From: Gammaproteobacteria bacterium
GTDB lineage: Bacteria; Pseudomonadota; Gammaproteobacteria; DASZBR01
Assembly: GCA_035943935.1 (NCBI GenBank)
Contig: DASZBR010000002.1
Coordinates: 90,868-154,867, forward strand
Length of the DNA: 64,000 bases
Direction of reading: 5' to 3'
How positions within the stretch are numbered: the stretch's first letter is position 1; every line of letters begins with the position of its first letter. A program made the position numbers and the translations under genes. A model generated the notes under the pieces. It was given only the letters and a program-made list of their open reading frames with translations, searched no databases and was not told the DNA's origin. This document shows positions 31,043 to 40,366 of this stretch, piece after piece.

Positions 31043-31987
31043 ATGAAAGAAATCAATAAAGCCATTCAATTATTAAAAAAAGGCGAGTGTGTCGCAATTC
31101 CTACCGAAACGGTTTATGGCTTAGCGGCAGATGCGAATAATCCCAAGGCCATAAAAAAAATATTTGCATTAAAAGGCCGTCCGCAAAATCATCCTCTCAT
31201 ATTACATATTGCTTCTGTTAAAGAATTAGCCGATTGGGTTGAAACTATTCCTGAGAATGCAAAAAAATTAATGAAATCTTTTTGGCCCGGTCCCATGACC
31301 CTGATATTTGCTGTTAAGAAAAATAAATTAAAACTTACTAATACTAAAATTATTACCGGTAATCAAAATACGATTGGTATACGCATGCCATCCCATCCTA
31401 TAGCACGCAAATTATTGAAATTATTTAAGGGTCCGGTTGTTGCTCCTTCGGCAAATAAATTTGGTCATGTCAGTCCGACGCGTGCTGAGCATGTCAAATC
31501 TGAATTTGGAAATAAATTAAAATTAATTTTAGACGGCGGTCGATCCAGTTTAGGCATTGAATCCACGATTATAGATATCACAGAAACGCCTGCACGATTA
31601 TTGCGTCCAGGGCCATTAAGTATTCACAAAATTAAAAAACTTTCAGGTGTAACCGTAATTTCAACAAATTCCAAAAAATCGCCGAGAGTATCGGGTAGTT
31701 TGAAATCGCATTATGCGCCTAAAACGCCCGTTATATTATTTGCTAAAAACATTAAATGCCAAAAAAATAATATCGCTGTTATGAGTATTACGTTTAAGCC
31801 GAATAAAAATTATAAAGGGAGTGTTTTGGTTAAGATGCCTAATAATCCTGATAAATATGCACAAAAGTTATATGCAGTATTAAGAACGTTAGATCACAAG
31901 AAACTGGATATTATATATATAGAAACACCGCCGAACAAACCCGAGTGGTTAGCCGTAAGAGATAGGTTGATGAGAGCAGCAAAATAG
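31043..31987 (+). CDS. tsaC: L-threonylcarbamoyladenylate synthase, Sua5 long form
   Basis: YrdC domain (VAIPTETVYGLAAD) plus Sua5 C-terminal domain. 314 aa. Confidence 0.8.
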   Translation: MKEINKAIQLLKKGECVAIPTETVYGLAADANNPKAIKKIFALKGRPQNHPLILHIASVKELADWVETIPENAKKLMKSFWPGPMTLIFAVKKNKLKLTNTKIITGNQNTIGIRMPSHPIARKLLKLFKGPVVAPSANKFGHVSPTRAEHVKSEFGNKLKLILDGGRSSLGIESTIIDITETPARLLRPGPLSIHKIKKLSGVTVISTNSKKSPRVSGSLKSHYAPKTPVILFAKNIKCQKNNIAVMSITFKPNKNYKGSVLVKMPNNPDKYAQKLYAVLRTLDHKKLDIIYIETPPNKPEWLAVRDRLMRAAK

Positions 31988-32019
31988 TTTTTTAAAACAT
32001 TCTTCGAAGGAGAATATAC

Positions 32020-33663
32020 ATGTTAGATAATCTTGGCGGTTCAATCGCTTCTGTAAATCAAACCAACACAACTGTAAATGGCATTAATGGCGCTGCTGTT
32101 AATCGCGATACTATGGGAACGGCTGCACATAATATTGGTCGTGGTTTAAGTAAAGCAGTCAGTAAAGGGGCATCAAAAGTAAAGCATCATGTCACCGGAC
32201 CTTCCAAAGCTGTAAGTGATGCACAACGTGGACGCAGCATACATAAAAAAGCATTAGATGAGGGTCTTTCAAATACACACTTAAAAGATCCTGCCGCAAT
32301 TATAAAACTTATTAATCAACACTTAGGGGCGTTGTTAGAATTGCTTGCTGGAAACCCCGAGGATATCGCTGAAGCAAAAAGAAAATGCTATGACACGCTC
32401 GCTCGAAAATGTGGCAGTAATACAAAAAAATTAGAATTAATTATTGCTGAAGTGGCTGAATTACAGCAAGTACATAGATTACATAAAATCAATCAAGAAA
32501 AAGACGCCTTTAAAAAAGCGTATGACAGAGTGAGTGTGCTTCACGAAAAATTGGCTACGGTGAATCCTCACGATGAAACATTGTATGGTGATTGGGATAA
32601 ATTCGATCCTAAAGTATTTAAACGAGTGGCGAAATTACGTGCGGGATTGCAGGATTATTTAGGTGAAATGAAAAAACACGCTGAATTGTCCGGTAATACA
32701 GATAAACAAGAATTAGCAGAAAAATTAGATGCTGCAGCGCAAAATGTTTTAGCGCGATTTGCACATGTTCCTACCGCTGAAGCTTTAGCGAAAGAAGGCA
32801 TTCAAATTCCTGCAAAACCCATGTCGTTTGAAAAAGCGCAGAAAGTTGCAGAACTTTATAAACATATGGCTGAGACGCCTAAAGCAGAAAGAACAACATT
32901 TTTACTGCATTTTGCATCACTCGGTTTTCTTTCTGCGTCACTGGATTTAAGTCAGGCATTAATTCGTGGTGATGGAGGAATGTTTGATGTTCCGCATGAT
33001 GATGCGAAAGCGCGTTTTATTTTGAAACAAGCTGAAAAACAAGCAGTCACCCCACAAGAAAAAATGCGTGTAGCTGAAAGAATTAAATATGCACCGCAAC
33101 CAGGATGGATATCATGGTTGCATAATACGTATAAGGACTATGTGGTTCTTCCCAGACAAAAATTTCTTGGAAGTTTCTTTGGTAGCAGTACTGCATCAAG
33201 AAAAGAACTCGCTGATACTTTTAAAAGATCTATGGCAGATTTTCTGGAAAAAGCAGATTCGAGCGATAGGGATATCGTTTTTGCGATTGAGCAGATGCAA
33301 AAACTTCCCAGTGATGTCGTCAGCATTCCTCATGTCATGGAAGTTTTCCATCATCTTTTGATGAGAATTAATTCGGGTACGATATCACAACAAGTCCAAT
33401 TTGGCCTGAAGCAACTTAATTTCAAGGATTTCTATGAAAACTATAAGCCCAAGATGGATAAGCGATTGGAATTGTTTAAGGGTTTAATTGCATTTGTGGA
33501 ATCGACCGGAACTGGTAGGGTGAATGGGGTTGATGTGCCGCGAATCCTCCAGCAGGGTAAAGATGCTCTTCAACCAGTGGAAGAATTTCATCGAAATGTT
33601 GCGAATGCGGCGGCGAAAGCGGGTTATCAACCACCGCAGAAACGTGCGCGTCAGGAGTTGTAG
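32020..33663 (+). CDS. Hypothetical 547-aa soluble protein, candidate effector
   Basis: Strong RBS AAGGAG. No recognisable domain and no signal peptide. Confidence 0.55.
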   Translation: MLDNLGGSIASVNQTNTTVNGINGAAVNRDTMGTAAHNIGRGLSKAVSKGASKVKHHVTGPSKAVSDAQRGRSIHKKALDEGLSNTHLKDPAAIIKLINQHLGALLELLAGNPEDIAEAKRKCYDTLARKCGSNTKKLELIIAEVAELQQVHRLHKINQEKDAFKKAYDRVSVLHEKLATVNPHDETLYGDWDKFDPKVFKRVAKLRAGLQDYLGEMKKHAELSGNTDKQELAEKLDAAAQNVLARFAHVPTAEALAKEGIQIPAKPMSFEKAQKVAELYKHMAETPKAERTTFLLHFASLGFLSASLDLSQALIRGDGGMFDVPHDDAKARFILKQAEKQAVTPQEKMRVAERIKYAPQPGWISWLHNTYKDYVVLPRQKFLGSFFGSSTASRKELADTFKRSMADFLEKADSSDRDIVFAIEQMQKLPSDVVSIPHVMEVFHHLLMRINSGTISQQVQFGLKQLNFKDFYENYKPKMDKRLELFKGLIAFVESTGTGRVNGVDVPRILQQGKDALQPVEEFHRNVANAAAKAGYQPPQKRARQEL

Positions 33664-33724
33664 TAGTAAGAGAATAAAGTTACGCGTGCGGCGTCGTAGT
33701 TTGGAATTATTTTTTTTAAAATAG

Positions 33725-33753
33725 TTGACGGTAATTCAGTCTTCTATTAGATT
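33725..33753 (+). promoter_or_regulatory. Sigma70-like promoter (TTGACG-17-TAGATT) for the Abi_2 gene
   Basis: Hexamer match and spacing, about 70 nt upstream of ATG 33823. Confidence 0.4.
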
Positions 33754-33822
33754 ATGCGCAGCATGACCTGCTCCTCTGCATCGAAAGATATACGGGTGGG
33801 TCCTCTTTTTCTATAGGACGTA

Positions 33823-34791
33823 ATGATGTCAATTTATAATAAACCGTATCTCACATTTGAGCAGCAGCTCGATCTCTTAAAATCACGAGGTTTAGAAATA
33901 CCCAGTGATTCTTATGCTTTAAAATATCTTTCGCGACTGGGTTATTACCGATTAAGTGGTTATTGGTATCCTTTTCGAAAATTATCTTCGACTCTATTAA
34001 CGCTATCAGAAAGACGAGAAGATGAGTTTGTCGTGGGCGCTCAATTTTGTGATGCCGTTGAATTATATGTCTTTGATAAAAAATTACGGTTAATTATTTT
34101 GGATGCTATTGAACGGATTGAGGTTGCGATAAGAGTTGATATTGCTTATGTTTTGGGCAAAAAAGATCCCTTTGCTCATATTAATCCCGCGTTGCTTCAT
34201 GGGAGTTTTACTAAGGTCGTTGATCCGAAAACAGGTGTAACGCGATTTCATGATTGGTTAATAAAGCAGGAGTATTTGCTTTATCGTTCTAAGGAAGATT
34301 TTGTGCAACATTATCAAAAGAAATATGGGTTGCCATTGCCGATTTGGGTTGTCATCGAGCTTTGGGATTTTGGTATGTTATCTGTTTTTTATCAAGGCAT
34401 GACCATTAAAGATAAAAAAATCATTGCGGATAAATATAAAATACCAAACTGGCAAATTATGCAAAGTTGGTTACGATGTTTAAATTATGTTCGTAATACT
34501 GCAGCCCATCACAGTAGATTATGGAATAGAAAGTTAGTGATTCGACCAAAGTTGGATAAACTAGGTGAAATGCCTGGGTTCGATCATCTCGTTGGCAATG
34601 TTGATATGATTACTCGAGTTTATGCTGCCCTATGTGTGCTAATACATTTTATGGACAATGTTTATTTAAATTCTTCTTGGAAAAAGAGATTAAAAAATTT
34701 GATTGATCAGTTTCCCCAGAAAACCACTGTGAATATTCACAATATGGGATTTCCAAAAAATTGGTATCATCAAAAACTGTGGTCAATATAG
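33823..34791 (+). CDS. Abi_2-family abortive infection protein (AbiD/AbiF-like)
   Basis: N-terminus KPYLTFEQQLDLLKSRGLEI...YYRLSGYWYPF is the hallmark of Abi_2 (PF07751). Confidence 0.75.
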   Translation: MMSIYNKPYLTFEQQLDLLKSRGLEIPSDSYALKYLSRLGYYRLSGYWYPFRKLSSTLLTLSERREDEFVVGAQFCDAVELYVFDKKLRLIILDAIERIEVAIRVDIAYVLGKKDPFAHINPALLHGSFTKVVDPKTGVTRFHDWLIKQEYLLYRSKEDFVQHYQKKYGLPLPIWVVIELWDFGMLSVFYQGMTIKDKKIIADKYKIPNWQIMQSWLRCLNYVRNTAAHHSRLWNRKLVIRPKLDKLGEMPGFDHLVGNVDMITRVYAALCVLIHFMDNVYLNSSWKKRLKNLIDQFPQKTTVNIHNMGFPKNWYHQKLWSI

Positions 34792-34881
34792 AATGCCCAG
34801 TTTGCAGCATCTCAGGAGGTATAATTTTTTACGAGTGAGGTCATATTATCTCACTTCCACAATAATCAAAGGAAACACATC

Positions 34882-35766
34882 ATGTCTCATGAAAATGTTG
34901 CATTGGTTGATCGCGATCCACCTGTTGCCTGGTGGAAAAAAGCCCTGATACTTTATCTGATTACGGTTGGTTCTGCTGTTGCAGCGATACAGCGACAACA
35001 AAATTACTCTCACTCTCATCCCGCACTTCCTCCGACATCTGAAGTTGATCTTCATTTTGGGACCATAAAAAATCTGTTGTTGCCCTTTGATCAATATCTT
35101 AGAACAGGCGATTTTGATAAATTAAATATGACGTTATATGGCGAACATAAACCCAAAATAGATCAGATCCTCAATAAAATTATAGCAATAGAAGGAACGT
35201 CAGAGGATATTGAAAAATTTAAACAATTACCGGATTTAACCAAATTACAAAAATTAGGTTTTCAAATTCCACCAACACAAACGGGTAAACGATACCGAGA
35301 TAAGCCTGTGCTTAAAGTGGGTAATGCGATTCAGAAACAATCCTATGAACTTATTGCGCTGAGATTACGTGCCTCACAAGGATGTGTGTATTCGTCGTTG
35401 AAATTAGCTGAAGATAAAGGCGATGATGGATTGAATATTGCGATGGCGAATCAAGCACGAGCGCAAGCGACAAAAAAAGAAAAAGCGTTTGTAGAAGCTG
35501 AACTAAATAAGCTATTTAAAAAAAGTAATACGGAGGCTACTTTTAAGAGTAGTTCTACTTTTAATTATGGTTATCTCATAAGCATGGTTGCTGGACTTTT
35601 TATGGCAATAGCCGCGTATTTTTATTTCAGAATGCCAACGCCAGTCAAAAAACCGCGTATTTCATTGCCCGTGCAAACCAAGCCCGCAAAAGCCCCGCAA
35701 GCTAAAATGGCGAAGGGAGATGTGGTGAGGGAGGAGAGGCGGGAGGTTCGGTACAAACCGGGTTGA
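34882..35766 (+). CDS. Hypothetical membrane-anchored protein (N- and C-terminal TM, basic tail). Its stop abuts the IS left end.
   Basis: ORF with TM segments ALILYLITVGSAVAAI and YLISMVAGLFMAIAAYFYF. The C-terminus may be altered by the IS insertion. Confidence 0.45.
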   Translation: MSHENVALVDRDPPVAWWKKALILYLITVGSAVAAIQRQQNYSHSHPALPPTSEVDLHFGTIKNLLLPFDQYLRTGDFDKLNMTLYGEHKPKIDQILNKIIAIEGTSEDIEKFKQLPDLTKLQKLGFQIPPTQTGKRYRDKPVLKVGNAIQKQSYELIALRLRASQGCVYSSLKLAEDKGDDGLNIAMANQARAQATKKEKAFVEAELNKLFKKSNTEATFKSSSTFNYGYLISMVAGLFMAIAAYFYFRMPTPVKKPRISLPVQTKPAKAPQAKMAKGDVVREERREVRYKPG

Positions 35767-35808
35767 TAGGTAACACTCTAAACCGGGATCATCGGTAACA
35801 CTTTTAGC
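35767..35808. repeat. Left terminal inverted repeat of the IS
   Basis: Reverse-complement match to 36985..37027. Confidence 0.7.
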
Positions 35809-35829
35809 TAGAAAAGCGAGGTGTTACTC

Positions 35830-36981
35830 ATGGGATGGAAGAAAACGAATGCGCGAGAAGAAAAATTAAAATTTATAGGTGATTGGCTGAAGAAAGAATC
35901 TTCATTTTCTGATCTTTGTGAGCGTTACGAGATAAGCCGAAAAACGGGGTATAAATTAACATCCCGCTACGAAGCTTGGGGAGAAGTAGCTTTTGATGAA
36001 TTATCAAGAATAAGACATCTCCATCCGAATGAAACAGCAAGAGAAATAAAAGCAAAATTAATAGAAATTAAATACCGTTACCCAACCTGGGGACCAGGAA
36101 AAATACTGGATTGGTTGAAAATAAACGAACCAAAAACAAAGTGGCCATCAGCGAGTACATCTGGAGAAATTTTAAAGAGACATGGGCTTGTTAAGCCAAG
36201 AAAATATCGTGATCGAGCAGCAAGATTTAGTGAACCCTTTTCAAATTGTGAACATCCAAACGATGTTTGGAGCGCAGATTTTAAAGGGCAGTTTCGATTA
36301 GGGAACGACCGATATTGTTATCCATTAACGGTCACAGATAATTACAGTCGTTATTTATTAGAATGTGAGGGTTTGTTAAGCCCGAATACAGAAAATGTCA
36401 TAAAACGCTTTAAAAAAGTGTTTTATGAGTATGGATTGCCTAAGGCGATAAAAACAGATAATGGGCAACCGTTTGCGGGAATGGGTATTGGTGGATTAAC
36501 GCGATTATCGATTTGGTGGTTAAAACTTGGAATAATGCCAGAACGTATAAAGCCAGGACATCCAGAACAAAACGGGCGCCACGAAAGAATGCATCGCACA
36601 TTAAAAGAAGCAACAATAGCGCCAGCGAAAAGCAGTTTAAAATTACAACAAAGAAGTTTTGATAGATTTAAACAAGAATATAATAACGAGCGTCCTCACG
36701 CAGGAATTGATAGAAAAAGACCATGGGATATTTACAAAAAATCAGCAAGGGTTTTGCCAGATAAATTGCCAGAAATAAATTATGCAGATCATTTTGAAGT
36801 AAGGCGTGTAAGATCGAATGGTGAAATTAAGTTGCAAGGCAAAAAATACTTTGTATCAGAATTGTTGTATGGAGAGCCGATAGGCTTAGAACCGATAGAT
36901 GATGGCAAAGTACTTGTGTACTTTGCCAAACTAAAACTGGGTCTAATAGATATCAGAGAAGATAAAATTATTAGACCCTAA
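35830..36981 (+). CDS. IS481-family DDE transposase (HTH + rve integrase core)
   Basis: WSADFKG...TVTDNYSRY...IKTDNGQPF...NGRHER arrangement parallels the IS481 D-D-E core. ATG 35830 has RBS GAGGTG. Confidence 0.75.
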   Translation: MGWKKTNAREEKLKFIGDWLKKESSFSDLCERYEISRKTGYKLTSRYEAWGEVAFDELSRIRHLHPNETAREIKAKLIEIKYRYPTWGPGKILDWLKINEPKTKWPSASTSGEILKRHGLVKPRKYRDRAARFSEPFSNCEHPNDVWSADFKGQFRLGNDRYCYPLTVTDNYSRYLLECEGLLSPNTENVIKRFKKVFYEYGLPKAIKTDNGQPFAGMGIGGLTRLSIWWLKLGIMPERIKPGHPEQNGRHERMHRTLKEATIAPAKSSLKLQQRSFDRFKQEYNNERPHAGIDRKRPWDIYKKSARVLPDKLPEINYADHFEVRRVRSNGEIKLQGKKYFVSELLYGEPIGLEPIDDGKVLVYFAKLKLGLIDIREDKIIRP

Positions 36982-36984
36982 ACA

Positions 36985-37027
36985 GCTAAAAAGTGTTACC
37001 GATGATCCCGGTTTAATCTGTTACCTA
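36985..37027. repeat. Right terminal inverted repeat of the IS
   Basis: Pairs with 35767..35808. Confidence 0.7.
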
Positions 37028-37077
37028 TGATCCGGGTCGTACAAAGGGGGGTGAGGTTGTAAAAAGAGAGATTGACC

Positions 37078-37941
37078 TCATCCCTTCAACACCTCCCCCC
37101 AACACGACAAAAGCTTCATCAAGGTTATTTCAGTATCTTTCGGAATCATCAGTTTTTGATCAATATCTTGTAAGGAAGCTGTTTCAGGCTCTAACAGCAA
37201 AATCACTTCACACGGCGCATGCGGACCATTCATAAATAAAAGAGACTGATCAGACCAATACACTTTCCAGTGTCTATATCGATGCCCTAAAACAGATTCC
37301 AATAATTGCAGCCAAAAGATTACTGTCGGAATAAATAAATTTTCATTACACGGTAACGGTAATTTTAAGCTCTTAGACTCTCCCTGTATAAGCGCTTTTA
37401 TTTTTTGAGTGACCACATTCAGCCATATTTCCAGGGGAATTTCTGTAGGAATCGCCTCCCAAAATTCGTGCAGCTTAATTTGACTTAACGACTGAATAAT
37501 TTCTTCCAACATACTGCGACGCGAAAGCTTGTGATTCACCCATCGAATATCTTCAATATTTTTATAAATTTCAGGTAACGTTTTATTAGAACCTAATTGC
37601 TTGATTAAACGCTGCATGGCAAAAAAAGTCTCGCGATACACCCACGGAATAAAACTCACAAACTCTCTGGCGAGGGGATGTTCCAATACGCGCAGCATGC
37701 CAAAATCGCGAGTAATCACGCCAATCATCGGTTCTTGTGATTCCGTTTCAGATGCGCTCAAAAAATGGATAGGCGAAAATTGTTTGGGGGAACTTGCGTA
37801 AAATTCTTGCAAGAAAAGTTCGAATTCTGCACCTGCGCCCAGTGAAACGTGATAGCGCAAATCATGACCGAGTGCGGCAATTAAATCATTGTGATATGAC
37901 CAACTGTAGGGGTCACGGTTTTTGCGGATAAAATTCATCAT
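37078..37941 (-). CDS. Hypothetical protein in the tagF position downstream of tssM (possible TagF-like or detached TssM C-terminal segment)
   Basis: Track ORF 37078..38058 starts inside the tssM 3' end. The likely start is the Met pair at 37941/37938 with an AGGAA RBS. Gene order matches fha-tssJ-tssK-tssL-tssM-tagF operons. Only weak FG..DFV-like similarity to TagF. Confidence 0.35.
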   Translation of the reverse strand: MMNFIRKNRDPYSWSYHNDLIAALGHDLRYHVSLGAGAEFELFLQEFYASSPKQFSPIHFLSASETESQEPMIGVITRDFGMLRVLEHPLAREFVSFIPWVYRETFFAMQRLIKQLGSNKTLPEIYKNIEDIRWVNHKLSRRSMLEEIIQSLSQIKLHEFWEAIPTEIPLEIWLNVVTQKIKALIQGESKSLKLPLPCNENLFIPTVIFWLQLLESVLGHRYRHWKVYWSDQSLLFMNGPHAPCEVILLLEPETASLQDIDQKLMIPKDTEITLMKLLSCWGEVLKG

Positions 37942-37996
37942 AAGTCTATTCCTATTATTAAAAACAACCTCACCCGGGCGGGCTAATATCCCTCCC

Positions 37997-40366
37997 CTAC
38001 GAAACCTGTGTAAATAACTCCTCAGGCAACCTAAAATGCTGAAACAACAACACCTCAACTAAATTATTAGGATTATTAATTTTAAACAAAAAATTCACCG
38101 CATAATAATGGCCATTGTCTGCCCGTATATTCCAATGCGCTTGAAACGTGCCATCCTGATGCTTCGATAATTCCGCTTTTTGTAATAATCGAAAAAATCC
38201 CCACGGACTGTCAAACTCAATGCTCCCTTCACTCCCACTCGAGGTAATAATCTCCAAGGCCGATTCGTCATTGTCTTGTGCTAATTTCCACTGAAACTTT
38301 TGCCATTCTTGCGGACCATTTCTATAACGGTAAGACTGTTTATTGCTCACCAAGCGAATTTCTTTTAATCCCACAGTGGGTTCAGGATAAATCTCGAGAC
38401 TTATTTCTGAAACCATGCGGCTTGCTTGTGCAAGGGCTTTAGTATATTCATCTGAAAATTTAATGTTGGGTGATGGATTTTTATGCACAAACTGCCAAAG
38501 CAATCCCTGTGATAAATCAAAAAACTGCTTAAAATCTTGCGGATCGACTTCATCGGGCGAATCCACAAAAGGATATTTTCTTGAGATTTTTTCAGCATAA
38601 AAATCATAGACTTGAGATAGCCACTGCGCATTCATTTCAGCCATAAGTTTAGTCAATTGCGGTAACAACATGACGTTTTGAATAGCTGATTTCAGAGCAG
38701 GATCAGTCTGAAGATTTGCCTCTTTAAATAAAATATTCTGATGGGCTATCGCAATAATTTTACGGACTGTTTTATCCGTCACTGTTGCACCCAGCGCGGG
38801 TCTTAAATTTTGAAGAAAACTAATCCAATTTTTTTTGTAATCAGCTTTATATAAAACCAATAAATTATCTTTGATGGATTCCGGAGCCGAGCGCATCACC
38901 CAATCGCCCTTCGCACTTTCTCGCGCGACTCTATCTATTTCAGGCAAGGCATAAAGACCAAAGCCTTTTGCGGTAAAAAACACAGGGATTTTAATCTCGC
39001 CATCTAATGTCTTGCCGAATAAATCTTTGGCTGAAGTGTATCCCAATTGTTTTTCACCCCAAGAGACCAATCCCGCATAAATATTGGTGAGGTTGGGAGA
39101 TACATATAACTGCTGTCGAGAAAGCTGAACTAAATCGGGGCGCGCAGACCATTGTTTATTACTGTGATTCAAATAAAAAGCCATGAGAGGATTGCCTTGA
39201 TAAAATTGCGGGTACCGATACCGCGGGTGACAAAACAATAAATAGGTTTTTAATTGATTGTAGTACTCTCCTCGCATCGCCTCGGCTTCTTGCGATGTCG
39301 CTAATGCCCATTGTTCTTGCGTTAATGCCAGCTGATTTTCAAGCTGATTAAAGATATTCGGCATGACCTGTTTTTCCACGCCATGAATAAATAAATCTTG
39401 TAGTACGGGAACTAATTCATAGGGCGGTTTTGCCGATAAATAATGGGCGAGATTGACATAGTCATCGGTATTATTTGATGTCTCTATTATCTGACCCAGT
39501 TGTATTCCCTCATGAATTTTGTACGCACTGTGTGCAAACGATGCACTGGCCACCAGAAAAACAATCACAACGATAATACTGGCGGTAATTAAACTCACCG
39601 AAGCAAACCATCGCGTTAGCCATAATTGCTTTCGGCTTTTTTGATTATGGCTAGAAATGCCGCTCAATACTCGCTCAATCATTCCCGGGACAAAATAAGC
39701 CTGTCCCGTGAAATACATTTCTCGAAAATCCGGCGTTTCTTGATAAGGATTAGATTTTGTTAATTCTTTAAGAAAAATACTCAGCCGGTTTGAGTGCTGC
39801 TGAAAGTTTTCAGGGAAATTTAAAATTTTAAATTTATTTGCCGTATCACTTTCAGATTGCGTAAGGCTATAAGCTGCAGAAAAAAGCGACGTGTAATTAT
39901 CCTCTTGGCGCTGAAAAGCCGTTATTTCTGTATGAGCAAAATAATTCTCAAAGCCAGAAATATGATCTATATGCGTAAATAATGTTGTCACGGGAAACAA
40001 ATAACCTAAGTGCTCTGCAATCTCAGCCAAATGCTCTCGAATAATTTTTACCGAATAAGCTTCACTCGCGCTCAACACGAGCAATATTCCATTCAACGGC
40101 ACTCTGGGTCGAACTTTCTTCAAAAATGCCAAGAGCGCCATCCATGCGTCTTTATCGAGCTCAAAATCTATTTCAATAAAAATCGCTTTGTCCGAAAAAA
40201 ACCATCTACTATTTTCAGACTGAACATAATCCCAAGAGCAAGATAAACCTGAATGAGTTAATAAAGCACTTTTTCCAGATTTTTTTGGACCCAACACCAT
40301 AATCCATGGCAATGCATAATACGAAAGATCGGCTTTTTTTAATTGCGCAATCACGTCAGCGCTCAT
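37997..40366 (-). CDS. tssM: TssM/IcmF-like type VI secretion membrane subunit, short form (789 aa), lacking the N-terminal TM hairpin
   Basis: Walker A LGPKKSGKSALL at residues 24-33. Single TM (LWLTRWFASVSLITASIIVVIVFLVAS). Large C-terminal periplasmic region. Adjacent to tssL. Confidence 0.65.
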   Translation of the reverse strand: MSADVIAQLKKADLSYYALPWIMVLGPKKSGKSALLTHSGLSCSWDYVQSENSRWFFSDKAIFIEIDFELDKDAWMALLAFLKKVRPRVPLNGILLVLSASEAYSVKIIREHLAEIAEHLGYLFPVTTLFTHIDHISGFENYFAHTEITAFQRQEDNYTSLFSAAYSLTQSESDTANKFKILNFPENFQQHSNRLSIFLKELTKSNPYQETPDFREMYFTGQAYFVPGMIERVLSGISSHNQKSRKQLWLTRWFASVSLITASIIVVIVFLVASASFAHSAYKIHEGIQLGQIIETSNNTDDYVNLAHYLSAKPPYELVPVLQDLFIHGVEKQVMPNIFNQLENQLALTQEQWALATSQEAEAMRGEYYNQLKTYLLFCHPRYRYPQFYQGNPLMAFYLNHSNKQWSARPDLVQLSRQQLYVSPNLTNIYAGLVSWGEKQLGYTSAKDLFGKTLDGEIKIPVFFTAKGFGLYALPEIDRVARESAKGDWVMRSAPESIKDNLLVLYKADYKKNWISFLQNLRPALGATVTDKTVRKIIAIAHQNILFKEANLQTDPALKSAIQNVMLLPQLTKLMAEMNAQWLSQVYDFYAEKISRKYPFVDSPDEVDPQDFKQFFDLSQGLLWQFVHKNPSPNIKFSDEYTKALAQASRMVSEISLEIYPEPTVGLKEIRLVSNKQSYRYRNGPQEWQKFQWKLAQDNDESALEIITSSGSEGSIEFDSPWGFFRLLQKAELSKHQDGTFQAHWNIRADNGHYYAVNFLFKINNPNNLVEVLLFQHFRLPEELFTQVS

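Larger units (their letters stand above)
35767..37027 (+). mobile_element. IS481-like insertion sequence (about 1.26 kb) with about 42-bp imperfect terminal inverted repeats
   Basis: Left IR is TAGGTAACACTCTAAACCGGGATCATCGGTAACACTTTTAGC. The right IR reverse-complemented is nearly identical: it differs by a 3-nt substitution near the outer end (ACACTC versus ACAGAT) and by one extra T. A single DDE transposase gene lies inside. Similarity extends about 10 bp further outward, so exact ends and target-site duplication are unresolved. Confidence 0.75.

Noticed and set aside
33089-33724. ORFs 33089..33361, 33138..33326, 33524..33724
   Set aside because: They are embedded in or overlap the 547-aa gene in other frames. 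The Arg-rich product of 33524..33724 is a frame artefact of the 3' end of that gene.
37028-37077. Inverted repeat GGGATGAGGT...ACCTCACCCC just beyond the IS right end, after the stop of ORF 37078
   Set aside because: A 10-bp stem with one mismatch but no trailing U-run. It could be a weak terminator, a remnant of IS end duplication, or chance. Not supportable as a feature.
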